NCBI GenBank assembly: GCA_049472335.1
Contig: JBLIRO010000012.1
Coordinates: 1-64,000 of the forward strand
From: a bacterium
Lineage (GTDB): Bacteria; SZUA-182; DTGQ01; JAFGSM01
DNA: 64,000 nucleotides
Direction: 5' to 3'
In this document: positions 49,775 to 60,762 of the stretch, in pieces
Layout: each line of letters opens with the position of its first letter
Numbering within the stretch: the stretch's first letter is position 1
The notes under the pieces: model-generated
Seen by the model: only the letters and a program-made list of their open reading frames with translations
The model's database searches: none
What the model was told of the DNA's origin: nothing
Program-made: the position numbers and the translations under genes

Positions 49775-49827
49775 ACAATAGTCTCAAGGAAATTATACCG
49801 GACTTTTTAAAGGAGGAATATGCCGTT

Positions 49828-50796
49828 ATGAGTAAATATCCCTTCGATGTATTGAATTTGGGGAGCGAAGATGAGCCTGCCTATGATAAGGTGATGCAGG
49901 CTCTAGCACATCGTCCTTTTTTGGCGAGTAAAAAGGATTTTAAGGAGGATGCAAGGCTGTTTATACCGGGTGATGAGCTATCAGATGCCATCAATACAGC
50001 CATCGCTGTCGGGGATCCATTGCTGCTGACCGGGGACCCTGGTGTAGGAAAAACACAGACAGCATATTATGTGGCCTATCGCATTGGATCTGAACCTGTC
50101 ATCCCTTTTCAGGTAAAGTCCGATACAAAGGCAGTGGATCTTCTTTATCAGTTCGATATGATACGTTACTACGGCGATGCACATGCAGGTGGTAGTACAA
50201 AGATGAAGAAGAAGGAAGAGTATATAACGGAAGGCCCTCTCTGGAGGGCAATAAAATCGGGAAACGAAAATAAACTGCCCCAAGTGCTCCTTATCGATGA
50301 GATAGATAAGGCGCCACGGGACTTTCCCAATGATTTACTCCTGGAGCTCGATAAGATGGAACTGGAGGTAAGGGAAACGAATCAAAGGATTGAATCTGAA
50401 AAGCCATACCGGCCTATTGTGGTGATTACCTCAAACAGCGAGCGCCGCCTGCCGGAGCCTTTTCTGCGGCGCTGTGTCTATCATCATATAAGATTCGATG
50501 AGCAAGTGCTTCACCGGGCAGTGGCAGTCCGACGACAATATTTTAAGAGATTGAGCAATGAATTCATTGATCTGGCAATAAAGCGATTCCTCGAACTGCG
50601 AGAAGAGTGTGCAAGGAAAAGGCCTGCAACGGCTGAACTCTTAGTGTGGCTTACGGTGCTAGCAGCAGAACAAGGGGAGACAGTAGGCAGATTGGAAGAG
50701 AGATTGAGAGGAAGCGGATTTAAAGATCTCCCGCACCTGAGTGCGATTATAAAAGACCGTACGGACTTTGAACGGCTGCAGAAAAAAAATATCTAA
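49828..50796 (+). CDS. MoxR-family AAA+ ATPase
   Basis: PLLLTGDPGVGKT, VLLIDEIDKAPRDFPNDLL, ITSNSERRLPEPFLRRC, PATAELL.W. Confidence 0.93.
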   Translation: MSKYPFDVLNLGSEDEPAYDKVMQALAHRPFLASKKDFKEDARLFIPGDELSDAINTAIAVGDPLLLTGDPGVGKTQTAYYVAYRIGSEPVIPFQVKSDTKAVDLLYQFDMIRYYGDAHAGGSTKMKKKEEYITEGPLWRAIKSGNENKLPQVLLIDEIDKAPRDFPNDLLLELDKMELEVRETNQRIESEKPYRPIVVITSNSERRLPEPFLRRCVYHHIRFDEQVLHRAVAVRRQYFKRLSNEFIDLAIKRFLELREECARKRPATAELLVWLTVLAAEQGETVGRLEERLRGSGFKDLPHLSAIIKDRTDFERLQKKNI

Positions 50797-50896
50797 TATT
50801 ATAGGGCTTCTTAATAAAATTGATAATTCACACCCATGCTAAAGCGGGTATTTATTATTGGAAAGATCGCAGATCCAAATAAAGGAGTAAACATAA

Positions 50897-52948
50897 TTGC
50901 CTCCGTTTAGATTAAAATCCGATTTTAACCCGCAAGGAGACCAGGTACAAGCTATCAAGGCTTTGGTCAAAGAGGTCAATAATGGCGCGCCGCATCTTGT
51001 CCTCTTGGGAGTGACGGGCTCCGGAAAAACCTTTACAATGGCCCATCTTATACAGGAGGTTCAAAGACCAACCCTTGTTATTTCTCATAATAAAACACTG
51101 GCCGCACAGCTTTATTCCGAATTCAAGACCTTTTTCCCGGATAACGCTGTTGAATATTTTGTCAGCTATTATGACTATTATCAGCCCGAGGCTTATATCC
51201 CGCAAACTGATACATATATAGAAAAGGATTCCTCAATTAATGAAGATATAGACAGAATGAGGCATTCTGCCACACATTCCCTTTTGGATCGCCGGGATGT
51301 GATTGTTGTCGCAAGTGTCTCATGTATTTATAGCCTGGGATCTCCTGAAGAATACCAGAATATGAGTTTTCCGATCGAAAAAAAACAGATTATCGGCAGG
51401 CGGAAGATCCTTGAAGAGCTTGTGAAAATGCAATATGAGAGGAATGATGTGGAATTTAAATGCGGGACCTTTCGTGTGAGAGGGGATGTAGTGGAGGTCT
51501 TCCCTGCATATGAGTTTAATGCCATCAGGATAAGCCTTTTCGGGAATGAGATAGAGGATATCTGTTCATTTGATCCCTTGGTTGGGAAAAAGAGACAGAC
51601 ATTGGAGCGGGTTTCCATTTATCCGAACAGCCATTATGTTCTTCCCGATGATAAGATGGAAATTGCCATGCAGGGGATTCGGGAAGAGCTAAAGCAAAGA
51701 CTTTTGGTATTGAATGCTGACGGGCGGTTCCTGGAGGCACAGCGCTTGGAACAGAGAACCCTGTATGATTTGGAAATGATCCAGGAGATTGGTTATTGTC
51801 ACGGCATAGAGAATTATTCCCGCCATCTCGATGGGAGAAGACCCGGTGATCCGCCTCATACCCTCATGGATTATTACCCGCCTGATAAGCTGATAATAAT
51901 CGATGAAAGTCATGTTACCATTCCGCAGATACGAGGGATGCTGGAGGGGGACAGATCAAGAAAGAAGAGCCTGGTGGAGTTCGGATTCAGGCTCCCCTCT
52001 GCCTATGATAACAGACCTCTAAGCTTTGAGGAATTTAGCTCAAAGATATATCAAGTTGTTTATGTATCTGCTACTCCCTCATTTTATGAATTGAGAATGG
52101 CAGAAGGAAGGGTTGTTGAGCAAATCATAAGACCCACAGGTCTTATGGACCCTGAAATCATTGTCCGGCCAGCCTCAAATCAGGTTGAAGACCTTTTATC
52201 AGAGATAAAGTACAGGGTGGAGAGGAATGAAAGGGTCCTGGTAACAACTTTGACTAAAAGAATGGCAGAAGATTTAACAGAATACTACCAAAATCTCGAC
52301 CTCAGGGTCCGCTATCTTCACTCGGAAATCGATACCATTGAAAGGACGGAAATTCTGAGGGATTTGCGCCTCGGCCAGTTCGATTGCCTTATAGGGATAA
52401 ATCTGCTCAGAGAGGGTCTTGATCTGCCTGAGGTATCCCTGGTAGCCATAATGGATGCGGATAAGGAAGGTTTTTTGCGGTCAACTACATCTTTGATACA
52501 AACTGCCGGGAGAGCTGCCAGGAATGTTAACGGCGAGGTAATTATGTATGCAGACAGGATAACCTCTTCAATGAAAAAGGCCATTGAAGAAACCAAAAGG
52601 CGCCGTTTGATTCAGCTTGCCTTTAATAAAGAGCATAATATTACTCCTGAAACTATTCAGAAATCCATTGGCAGCTTATTGCAGTCTGTTTATGATGCAG
52701 ACTACCATACACCGAGTCTGATAAGGGAGGAAGGCATTAAATATCAGAAAAAAGGAAAATCGCAAGAGGAATACCTGGAGTATTTGAGAGTGAAAATGGA
52801 GATGTATGCAAAAGAACTGAGGTTTGAAGAGGCTGCCAAGATAAGGGATGAGATAAAAAGGATTTCCGGAGTGGAAAAAATCTCTTCTGTTAATTATACC
52901 AGATCGAGACTGCATGCCAAAAAAAGAAAAAAGGATAATTATAATTAA
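50897..52948 (+). CDS. uvrB: Excinuclease ABC subunit B
   Basis: [35 protein letters not shown] tail. Confidence 0.97.
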   Translation: MPPFRLKSDFNPQGDQVQAIKALVKEVNNGAPHLVLLGVTGSGKTFTMAHLIQEVQRPTLVISHNKTLAAQLYSEFKTFFPDNAVEYFVSYYDYYQPEAYIPQTDTYIEKDSSINEDIDRMRHSATHSLLDRRDVIVVASVSCIYSLGSPEEYQNMSFPIEKKQIIGRRKILEELVKMQYERNDVEFKCGTFRVRGDVVEVFPAYEFNAIRISLFGNEIEDICSFDPLVGKKRQTLERVSIYPNSHYVLPDDKMEIAMQGIREELKQRLLVLNADGRFLEAQRLEQRTLYDLEMIQEIGYCHGIENYSRHLDGRRPGDPPHTLMDYYPPDKLIIIDESHVTIPQIRGMLEGDRSRKKSLVEFGFRLPSAYDNRPLSFEEFSSKIYQVVYVSATPSFYELRMAEGRVVEQIIRPTGLMDPEIIVRPASNQVEDLLSEIKYRVERNERVLVTTLTKRMAEDLTEYYQNLDLRVRYLHSEIDTIERTEILRDLRLGQFDCLIGINLLREGLDLPEVSLVAIMDADKEGFLRSTTSLIQTAGRAARNVNGEVIMYADRITSSMKKAIEETKRRRLIQLAFNKEHNITPETIQKSIGSLLQSVYDADYHTPSLIREEGIKYQKKGKSQEEYLEYLRVKMEMYAKELRFEEAAKIRDEIKRISGVEKISSVNYTRSRLHAKKRKKDNYN

Positions 52949-53267
52949 GAGTAATTGAGAGCATTGAAAAAGAATCGCGCATTTTTTAAACAACTAAAAT
53001 GTTATATGATGTTTTTAAATGAGGTCTTTTTGACTGTATTTATAGACTGCTAAGCTGAATATGAATTGTTATAAATTACCATTCACTCAAATCTTGACAT
53101 TATTAATTTTTTAAGTCATTATAATAACAAGTTCTGATTAATAAAATTTGATATAATTTTACATATCTTTTGAGCCGGATAAAAAGAGATTAGTTTTACC
53201 TTATTAATTATATTTTTTTGAAACTTTGGTATAGATCAGGGTCAATTTTGATTAGTATAGGAGGTAA

Positions 53268-53648
53268 ATGATGGCCGCCAAACGTATCCTACTAATTGAT
53301 GACGATGTGGGAATGAGGGCTGTATTGCAAGATATTCTTGAAGATGAAGGGTATAAAGTTAAAACTGCATCAGACGGTAGGAGTGCTTTGTCTGCCATAG
53401 AAAAAGAAGATTTCGATCTAATTTTGACAGATTTAAAGATGCCAAAGATGAGCGGTATGGAATTTTTGGATTATATTGAACAGAATCGGCCCGATCTCAA
53501 AGTAGTTGTAATAACGGCATATACTGGCAAAGAAAATGTAAATAAAGCGAAACTGCTGGGTGCATTTGAATTTTTAAGTAAATCGATTCAAATTGAGGAA
53601 TTAAAGAGAGTGGTCAAAGAGGTCCTCGAAAGACATGATACCTTATAA
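53268..53648 (+). CDS. Single-domain response regulator
   Basis: ILLIDDD, DLKMPKMSG, ITAY, K. Confidence 0.9.
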   Translation: MMAAKRILLIDDDVGMRAVLQDILEDEGYKVKTASDGRSALSAIEKEDFDLILTDLKMPKMSGMEFLDYIEQNRPDLKVVVITAYTGKENVNKAKLLGAFEFLSKSIQIEELKRVVKEVLERHDTL

Positions 53649-53936
53649 TATATGTTTTGATATTAAAATCGATTTTGCAATGTGTAACTTTGATGGGGTC
53701 AGGGAAATCGTTTGTTCGATCTGATCCACGGTTTGATGCTTTAGGTTTTTTATGTAATATTAAATATAAAAAAAATATCATGATTTTTATTTTTTGTTTA
53801 TAGAAATCTCACATTAGGTGTTTCAATAAATATCATTTCCGGTCTCTTCTGAATAAGTGATATCCAAAGAAAAACGTCAATATATTAAAAATTCAATTAA
53901 TGAAAGTATAGAAAAATCTTCGGGAAGGTTTAGCAA

Positions 53937-54638
53937 GTGAGGAATAGATTAAAATTTATATTTCTGTTTGTTTTAAGTCTAATAATACTTTTTGGGCCAC
54001 ATATAAGCGCATCAGAGGAAGTGAATGAAAAGATTGCCCTGACAGGAGCGCTTTATAATGCTCAAGAGGTTTTTGGGCCCCTTGTTCACTTTAATACCCA
54101 GTTATTTGTAGATCTCGATGATATACCTCAAGCCTATGTATTTATTTTATGTAATCCTCAAAATCCGGTTTTAAATATGGTTGTGACAGATGATGAGATC
54201 TTGTCGGGCTTTTTATCGGATTATGAACAATTTGGTATCGTAACCGCGGTTGCCGGTGCAAACAAGTCTCACGTACCCGTTATTCAGATGTATCGTGGCT
54301 TGCCTGATTATATAATTAATTCTATAAAGATTAAAAAAACAATTACAGAAAAAACTTCAAAAGAGAACTGGAAGGTGATGCGTTACTTATATCCGGCGCC
54401 ATTAGAGTTTTGGTTAGAATTTCAAAACCTGAACTCAAATGATATCTTATTTGTCAGGACCTCGGATATAAAAATTATGGATTCTGATCTTATGGAAGAT
54501 TTACAATACATTACAAGGCGGGATAGAACTTCTAATTCGGACAGAGACCGTTCCAAGAGGATCAAAAAGAAATGGGATCTCATAGAAAATTTGTACATAG
54601 ATCAGACATCAGAGAGAGTTGACAGGCTAAGGAAGTAA
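53937..54638 (+). CDS. Hypothetical secreted protein
   Basis: 233-aa ORF with signal peptide. Confidence 0.7.
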   Translation: MRNRLKFIFLFVLSLIILFGPHISASEEVNEKIALTGALYNAQEVFGPLVHFNTQLFVDLDDIPQAYVFILCNPQNPVLNMVVTDDEILSGFLSDYEQFGIVTAVAGANKSHVPVIQMYRGLPDYIINSIKIKKTITEKTSKENWKVMRYLYPAPLEFWLEFQNLNSNDILFVRTSDIKIMDSDLMEDLQYITRRDRTSNSDRDRSKRIKKKWDLIENLYIDQTSERVDRLRK

Positions 54639-55023
54639 TAGTAGTATTTGGCTTTATTTTAAAGCCAATATTATTGAACAAATTCAAATTAATATAAAGA
54701 CGGGGGATAATCATTATTGTTATTATATCAAATTCTATAGACAAGGCTTTAATATCTTAAATCATATCCTAATATCTTACAATTGTATAATATGGCATAT
54801 AGTTATATGTAGATTTGGGGATTGAATTAAAATAAAAATCGCAAATTTTATCTAGGCTTGATCCATATACTACTTCTTGCCCTCCGGCATTCGATCCCTA
54901 TCCCTGAATCGGGCTTTCATGTTTTTTTGGTTAGATTTTAAGGTTTTTTATAAGTAATTAATCTAGGTAACTTTAATAATTAAATTTAAGAACCCTTTTT
55001 GAAGGGCTGAAACTTCTGAAAAG

Positions 55024-56679
55024 ATGATAAGAGAACAAATAAGCAATTTATCAGATATTAAATTATTTTTGGTGATAACCGCTTTAATGCTTTCAATGTT
55101 AATGGGATTCTCTTTAGCCAATGCACAAGAAACGGACTATAAGGAGGAATGGCAGAAAGCTGATCTCCTTGTTCCAAATGTGGATTCCCTTTTCAATACT
55201 TTTTCATTCAAAGGGGAAAGAGATTGGTATAAATTTTATGCAGATAAAGGTGTCACATACCAGATATTTACTCATCCAGCCAAGGATCCGGACAAGGATT
55301 ATAACTTCCCTGAGATATTGATTTATCTTTTTTCTGATCCTGAGAGTAGTTACATTACTCGTAATTCAAAATGGGAAGGCGATGGAAGCGCCTTTATCGA
55401 ATGGACTAGTCCATCTTCCGGTTTCTATTATTTAAGTTTAAAGGCACTTGATTCTGATAGATATGGTAATATGGAAGCATATAACATTCTGATAACCAGC
55501 ATAGAGCGTCAGGATGCGCATACAATGATCCCTGATGTTCCTGATTACTCTCAATCGGATTTTAGACAATCGGATTTTAGAAATTTGTGGGATTGCAAGG
55601 CAGTTTCTGCTGCCTGTATATTAGGATACTGGGATGCCCATGGATATAGTCTGCTTGTTGATTCTAATCCGGCCCGTATAGAAGATGTCAAAAGACTTAT
55701 TCTTGGACTTAATGACGCCATGATGTTTTCAGTGGAAATAAATCCAAAAAGGTTATTTACAGATGAAAATGTGCGTGAAGGAATTGAAATGTATTGTAAT
55801 CTTGCTCAATTTGGGAACAACTATAATTTTACTGTCGAATATTATACAAAACCTGATTTCTCAGAAGTTATGGATGAAATAGAAGAAAATAGACCTTTTA
55901 TGTATGGTGTAGCGGGACATCCCTTGTGGGGGAATCACTGGATGGTGACTGTTGGATACCTGAAGACAGAAACAACTGATTGGACTATAAATCATGATAA
56001 CTGGAGTTCAACACATAAGGATATTTATGTGGATTATGATGAGGCGACCGATTGTATTATTACAGTACAGCCCGGTAGAAAAAGGATTTTGATAACATCC
56101 TATCCCGATATATATTCTCTCTATCAATTTTCCCCGTATCCTGTGGTTCTCCCATGGTTAGAAACTCTGCCCACAATTAGTTTCGGTACTATAAGTACTT
56201 TCAGCGGAATAAATAATATTCCGATTCATTCAAGGTCATCTGATTTGACCGGCAGATATCAGAAATATTCAAGTCAGTTCGATCCGGTTGGAATCGCAGA
56301 TGTCGGGTGGATAGGTAATCCTGAATTATATGATTATCAGCGTACCATGGCAAGCAATGTCAATTTATCCCCTTTTTCTTCTTATACTTATAGAAATTAT
56401 AATAATTCGGTTGGAAATGATAATACTAACGGATATAGCTACTCCACTGGAAATAGTTATATCATTTCAGATCAAATTCCCGGTTCATCTTTAGGACCCT
56501 ATTTAAACCTTTATTCCTATACTAATGTTGCTTCTCCGGGGCTTGTTGCAACCTTCAATAATCCATTTTTATCACCTTTCCAGACGTTTTTCCCTACTTT
56601 AGGTTTGTTACCATATAATGTTTTTTCTCCCTTTCCGTCTTTATCTCCCATACCCTTTTTATTTAGTGCTCCATTTTGA
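55024..56679 (+). CDS. Secreted protein: PPC-like domain, C39-like cysteine peptidase, low-complexity Ser/Pro/Phe/Tyr tail
   Basis: DWYKF...Y.I.T, WT.PSSG.YY; DCKAVSAACILGYWD, NHWMVTVGY, HDNW. Confidence 0.65.
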   Translation: MIREQISNLSDIKLFLVITALMLSMLMGFSLANAQETDYKEEWQKADLLVPNVDSLFNTFSFKGERDWYKFYADKGVTYQIFTHPAKDPDKDYNFPEILIYLFSDPESSYITRNSKWEGDGSAFIEWTSPSSGFYYLSLKALDSDRYGNMEAYNILITSIERQDAHTMIPDVPDYSQSDFRQSDFRNLWDCKAVSAACILGYWDAHGYSLLVDSNPARIEDVKRLILGLNDAMMFSVEINPKRLFTDENVREGIEMYCNLAQFGNNYNFTVEYYTKPDFSEVMDEIEENRPFMYGVAGHPLWGNHWMVTVGYLKTETTDWTINHDNWSSTHKDIYVDYDEATDCIITVQPGRKRILITSYPDIYSLYQFSPYPVVLPWLETLPTISFGTISTFSGINNIPIHSRSSDLTGRYQKYSSQFDPVGIADVGWIGNPELYDYQRTMASNVNLSPFSSYTYRNYNNSVGNDNTNGYSYSTGNSYIISDQIPGSSLGPYLNLYSYTNVASPGLVATFNNPFLSPFQTFFPTLGLLPYNVFSPFPSLSPIPFLFSAPF

Positions 56680-56908
56680 GTCCGAATCATTTACCGGAAC
56701 GCGGAGTCAGGTCTTGAAATGTTGACAATAAATCCAGGGAGAATCATGCATTACTTTGTTTTACATTCTTACATTTCAGCTAGCCGCAAGTTATTTGGCC
56801 AAAATTAGAATTGACGGCATGAGTCTTTACAGCAAAAGGACAATCATATATTATGGAAGATATCCTAAATATTCTTCTAATTTTTTAATCAGGTGAGGAT
56901 GATAACTT

Positions 56909-57241
56909 ATGCACTATTTAATCGCCATGCTGATACAAATGCTGGCAGCGTTTTGGGTTTTTATGGATGTCAAAGAAAAAGGCCGTTCTGAAGGACAGGC
57001 TTTATTTTGGTCAATTGGGACCTTTATGCTGTTTTTTATTTTTTTCCCCCTATGGCTTTTCGTGCGATGGCAAAGCGATCAGAAAAAAGATTCACAGGTT
57101 TGTCCGTCCTGCCATGGCTCATTTAAAGTGATACCAAGAGCTCGTTATTGTCCTTATTGCGGATATTCATTAGATCATTTCGATCGTTCTAACGCTATTG
57201 ATATTGAATGTAAAAGAGACGAGAAAGAAGAGACTCGTTAA
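56909..57241 (+). CDS. Small membrane protein with zinc ribbon
   Basis: Two TM segments, CPSC...YCPYCG. Confidence 0.75.
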   Translation: MHYLIAMLIQMLAAFWVFMDVKEKGRSEGQALFWSIGTFMLFFIFFPLWLFVRWQSDQKKDSQVCPSCHGSFKVIPRARYCPYCGYSLDHFDRSNAIDIECKRDEKEETR

Positions 57242-57523
57242 TGATTATGTTCTCCCGTTCCCTCTTAAAGTCCTAATTCCGCTCAATCTCTTTCGAACAA
57301 CTAATATTTTCCTTTCTCCTTTCCTCTTAATCTCCAGTGGCTTAATCCTGAATCCGGTTTAATTGAGATAAGATATTCCTTTTTGTTATCCCTATGCCCC
57401 CTGGACGAAGGCTTAGTTAACAGTTTTTCTTTGTAAGAAAGAGAGCCATTGGCGTATTGTAAAGAAAGATGAGGGCTTTCAAACATAAAATACCGATAAT
57501 AATATAAATTACAGTAAAAAATC

Positions 57524-57539
57524 TGGCATATAAATTGCT
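57524..57539 (+). promoter_or_regulatory. Sigma-54 (-24/-12) promoter
   Basis: TGGCATATAAATTGCT (GG-N10-GC) just upstream of a GGAGGTG RBS. Confidence 0.7.
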
Positions 57540-57566
57540 CTATTTTTCTAAATGGAGGTGATAGCC

Positions 57567-57746
57567 ATGAAGATTGTAATGTTGATCAAAATGTTTCTTC
57601 TTTTTTTATTAACATTTATTGTGATGATTATGCTTATGCCGGCAGTGATTTTTGGGGGCACAAAGTTCATTGGTGAGGTTTATAGGGTTTTTATCAAAGA
57701 GTTTAATAAGATTCGGGGATTGAAGCCCAGTAAATTAGAGGTCTAA
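57567..57746 (+). CDS. Small hydrophobic membrane protein
   Basis: Strong RBS, sigma-54 promoter, TM helix. Confidence 0.65.
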   Translation: MKIVMLIKMFLLFLLTFIVMIMLMPAVIFGGTKFIGEVYRVFIKEFNKIRGLKPSKLEV

Positions 57747-58006
57747 CCCTATCATCATTCAACCAGACTTAAGTTTTGCTTGCTACTACTATATAGTATT
57801 CCTTAGAAGGGCTTTTTCCACTTGTTTTAAACAGAATTTTTAATTGCCTTTCAGGATAATTAGACATATTAATGGATTACTATATTATCCTTCTTTTATG
57901 CTGCATTCTCTTCTTAGGTGCTTGACAAGTCCTTTATATTCAATCAAAATAAAGATATTATAAAAAATAGAACACTTATTTATTTATAGAAAATTCTGGG
58001 TGACAT

Positions 58007-59476
58007 GTGATGATATGCTGTACGCTAATTGCTGAAAATATAAATGAAATATGGAAACAAATAGATCTGGTTGCTGAAACAGCGGATATAGTTGAGATAA
58101 GGCTTGACTATATCTCTGAATTAAATGACAAAGACTTAGAAAAGATAATATCCGGTAAGAAGTGTCCTTTGATAATGACCTGCAGAAAGAAGGAAGAAGG
58201 AGGAATGTATGCCGGCAGCGAGCAAGAAAGGATAGGGATATTAAAAAGATGCGCTGAGATCAGGGCTGATTATATTGATATTGAGATGAGTTCGGGCAGG
58301 CAGGCTGTTGAAGACTTGATTTCCTCTGCTAAGGATTCAAAGATAATTCTGTCTTACCATAATTTTGATGAGATGCCTGACGATATCGACCGGATTTACT
58401 TGCAGATGAAAAAGTTTCCATTAGATATTCTGAAAATCAGTGTGATGGCAACAGATTTAGAGGATAATCTGAGGATGTTCCAGCTGATTCAAAGGGCAAA
58501 GGCAGAAGGCAGGGATTTTATCGGCATATGTATGGGAGAGCTTGGAGAGATATCGAGAATACTCTCCCTTGCTTATGGTTCTTACCTTACTTTTGGATGT
58601 ATGGAGAAGGGAAAGGAAGCTGCACCGGGCCAGATAAGCTGCGGGATCCTGAGAGATGTATATGGAGTTAAAAAGCTAAAGCCTCAGGCGCTGAGCCTAT
58701 ATGGTTTAATTGGAAATCCTGTATCCAAAAGCAAGGGATATATACTTCATAATCTTTGTTTCAGGGAGCATAAAATGAACGCAGTGTATCTTAATTTTCT
58801 TGTAAGAGATACAGGCGAATTCGTGTCTGCCTTTAGGGACCTATTGTCAGGTTTTAGTGTTACAATGCCCCATAAACAGGAGATAATAAAATATCTGAAT
58901 AGTGTTGATGAGGATGCCGATAAAGTTGGGGCAGTGAATACAGTCGTTGTTAAGGATGGAAAATTGTCAGGATTTAACACTGATATTGAAGGGGCTGTTG
59001 AAGCAATAGAAGAGAAAATCTCCCTGGAGGGAAAAAAAGTGCTTATGATTGGAGCGGGAGGAGTGGCAAGGGCGATTGGTTATGGTGTTCTGAAGAAAGG
59101 GGCGAAGCTGAGCATTGTCAACAGAACTGAAGAGAAAGGCAGGAAGCTTGCTGCCGATTTGGGATGTGAGTTTTTGAGAATGGAAGATGTTAAATGGGGT
59201 GATGTTAAGATTCTGATTAATGCCACATCTATAGGCATGTCACCCGATACGGAGCAGAGCCCTGTTGATGGAGGAGTGTTGAAAGATATGGTTGTTTTTG
59301 ATACCGTCTATAATCCGGGCCAGACAAGACTATTGAAGATAGCGGCTGAGAATGGCTGTGGGACGGTTTCAGGTATCGAGATGTTCGTTAACCAGGCTGC
59401 TAAGCAATTCCAGTTGTGGACAGGCAAGGATTGCAATAAGGCACTGATGAAGAAGGCTGTTTTAGGAGATTTATGA
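58007..59476 (+). CDS. aroE: Bifunctional type I 3-dehydroquinate dehydratase / shikimate dehydrogenase
   Basis: EIRLD, SYHNF, MGELG..SR, APGQ; SVTMPHK, GAVNT, NTD, GAGGVAR, NATSIGM. Confidence 0.92.
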   Translation: MMICCTLIAENINEIWKQIDLVAETADIVEIRLDYISELNDKDLEKIISGKKCPLIMTCRKKEEGGMYAGSEQERIGILKRCAEIRADYIDIEMSSGRQAVEDLISSAKDSKIILSYHNFDEMPDDIDRIYLQMKKFPLDILKISVMATDLEDNLRMFQLIQRAKAEGRDFIGICMGELGEISRILSLAYGSYLTFGCMEKGKEAAPGQISCGILRDVYGVKKLKPQALSLYGLIGNPVSKSKGYILHNLCFREHKMNAVYLNFLVRDTGEFVSAFRDLLSGFSVTMPHKQEIIKYLNSVDEDADKVGAVNTVVVKDGKLSGFNTDIEGAVEAIEEKISLEGKKVLMIGAGGVARAIGYGVLKKGAKLSIVNRTEEKGRKLAADLGCEFLRMEDVKWGDVKILINATSIGMSPDTEQSPVDGGVLKDMVVFDTVYNPGQTRLLKIAAENGCGTVSGIEMFVNQAAKQFQLWTGKDCNKALMKKAVLGDL

Positions 59477-60744
59477 AATTAAAGGTTGATACGACAGACG
59501 AAATTGGTGGAGAGATTATTGTTCCAAGCAGCAAGTCCCATACAATAAGGGGATTTGTTTTCGCATCCCTTGCTGAGGGAGAATCAAGATTAGTCAATGC
59601 GCTTGAGGCCTCTGATACTCAGGCAGCGATAAATGCATGCAAAGCATTGGGTGCCGGAATTGAGAAGAAAAACGGGGAATTTATTATCAGGGGATTTTCA
59701 GGAAAGCCTAAGACAGATATAAAGATCGATACCCTTAATTCAGGGACAACAACCAATTTGATTATGGGAACATCAGCTCTTGGAGATAAAAAAGTCATTA
59801 TTGATGGCGATGCCTCCATTAGAAAAAGGACGGTGCAGCCGTTGCTGGATGCCTTGAATGCACTCGGAGCAAAGGCTGTTTCTGTGAATAGCAACGGATG
59901 CCCTCCTGTGGAGATTACCGGGAGGATTAAAGGCGGAAAGGTTGACGTGGACTGCAGGAGCTCACAATATGTTTCAAGCCTGCTTATCAATTGTCCGCTA
60001 GCCTCCCAAGATACTGAGATAAGCATATTGAATCTTTGCGAGCAACCCTATATTGAAATGACGCTCAGATGGCTTGATGAACGGGGGATAAGGTATGAGA
60101 ACAATGATTTAAAAACCATAAGGATTTTTGGGAATCAAGGCTATAAAGGTTTTGAGAAAACCATTCCCGGTGACTGGTCAAGTGCCACCTTCTTATTGGT
60201 TGCGGGAGTTATGCTCGGGAGAAATTTAATTATAAAAGGATTGGATATTAAAGATACTCAGGCGGATAAGGAAGTGCTCGATTATCTCAGGAAAATGGGC
60301 GCTGATATAAGGATTGGGAAAGAAGGAATAGTTATAAACAAATCAATACTCACAGGCTGTGAATTAGACTTGAATAACACTCCGGATGCACTGCCTGCTA
60401 TTAGTGTGCTGGGTTGTTATGCACAGGGAAAGACTGTAATAAAGAATGTCGGTCATGCGAGGATAAAGGAGACGGACAGAATTGTAGTTATGACAGAGGA
60501 ACTAAGCAGAATGGGTGCCAATATTGAAGAGAGGCAAGATGGAGTGGTTATTGAGCATTCAGAGCTTAATGGATCTCATGTCAATGGATATCATGACCAC
60601 AGGGTTGTGATGGCTTTAAGCCTCGCCGGGATGATTGCTTCAGGGCGGACAGTGATAGATACTGCTGAAGCAGTTAGTGTGACATTCCCGAATTATGCTG
60701 ACATCATGAAAAGAATTGGTGCGAAAATAGAGATAATAGAATAG
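59473..60744 (+). CDS. aroA: EPSP synthase
   Basis: PSSKSHTIR, NSGTT, SSQYVSSLL, RIKETDRI, DHRVVM. Confidence 0.95.
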   Translation: MKLKVDTTDEIGGEIIVPSSKSHTIRGFVFASLAEGESRLVNALEASDTQAAINACKALGAGIEKKNGEFIIRGFSGKPKTDIKIDTLNSGTTTNLIMGTSALGDKKVIIDGDASIRKRTVQPLLDALNALGAKAVSVNSNGCPPVEITGRIKGGKVDVDCRSSQYVSSLLINCPLASQDTEISILNLCEQPYIEMTLRWLDERGIRYENNDLKTIRIFGNQGYKGFEKTIPGDWSSATFLLVAGVMLGRNLIIKGLDIKDTQADKEVLDYLRKMGADIRIGKEGIVINKSILTGCELDLNNTPDALPAISVLGCYAQGKTVIKNVGHARIKETDRIVVMTEELSRMGANIEERQDGVVIEHSELNGSHVNGYHDHRVVMALSLAGMIASGRTVIDTAEAVSVTFPNYADIMKRIGAKIEIIE

Positions 60745-60762
60745 TCAAGGAGGTAGATAATA

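Noticed and set aside
43063..50796. Prophage-borne DGR (tail-fibre tropism switching)
   Set aside because: No phage structural, terminase or integrase genes; flanked by chromosomal genes
54793..54808. Possible sigma-54 promoter TGGCATATAGTTATAT
   Set aside because: Lacks the -12 GC
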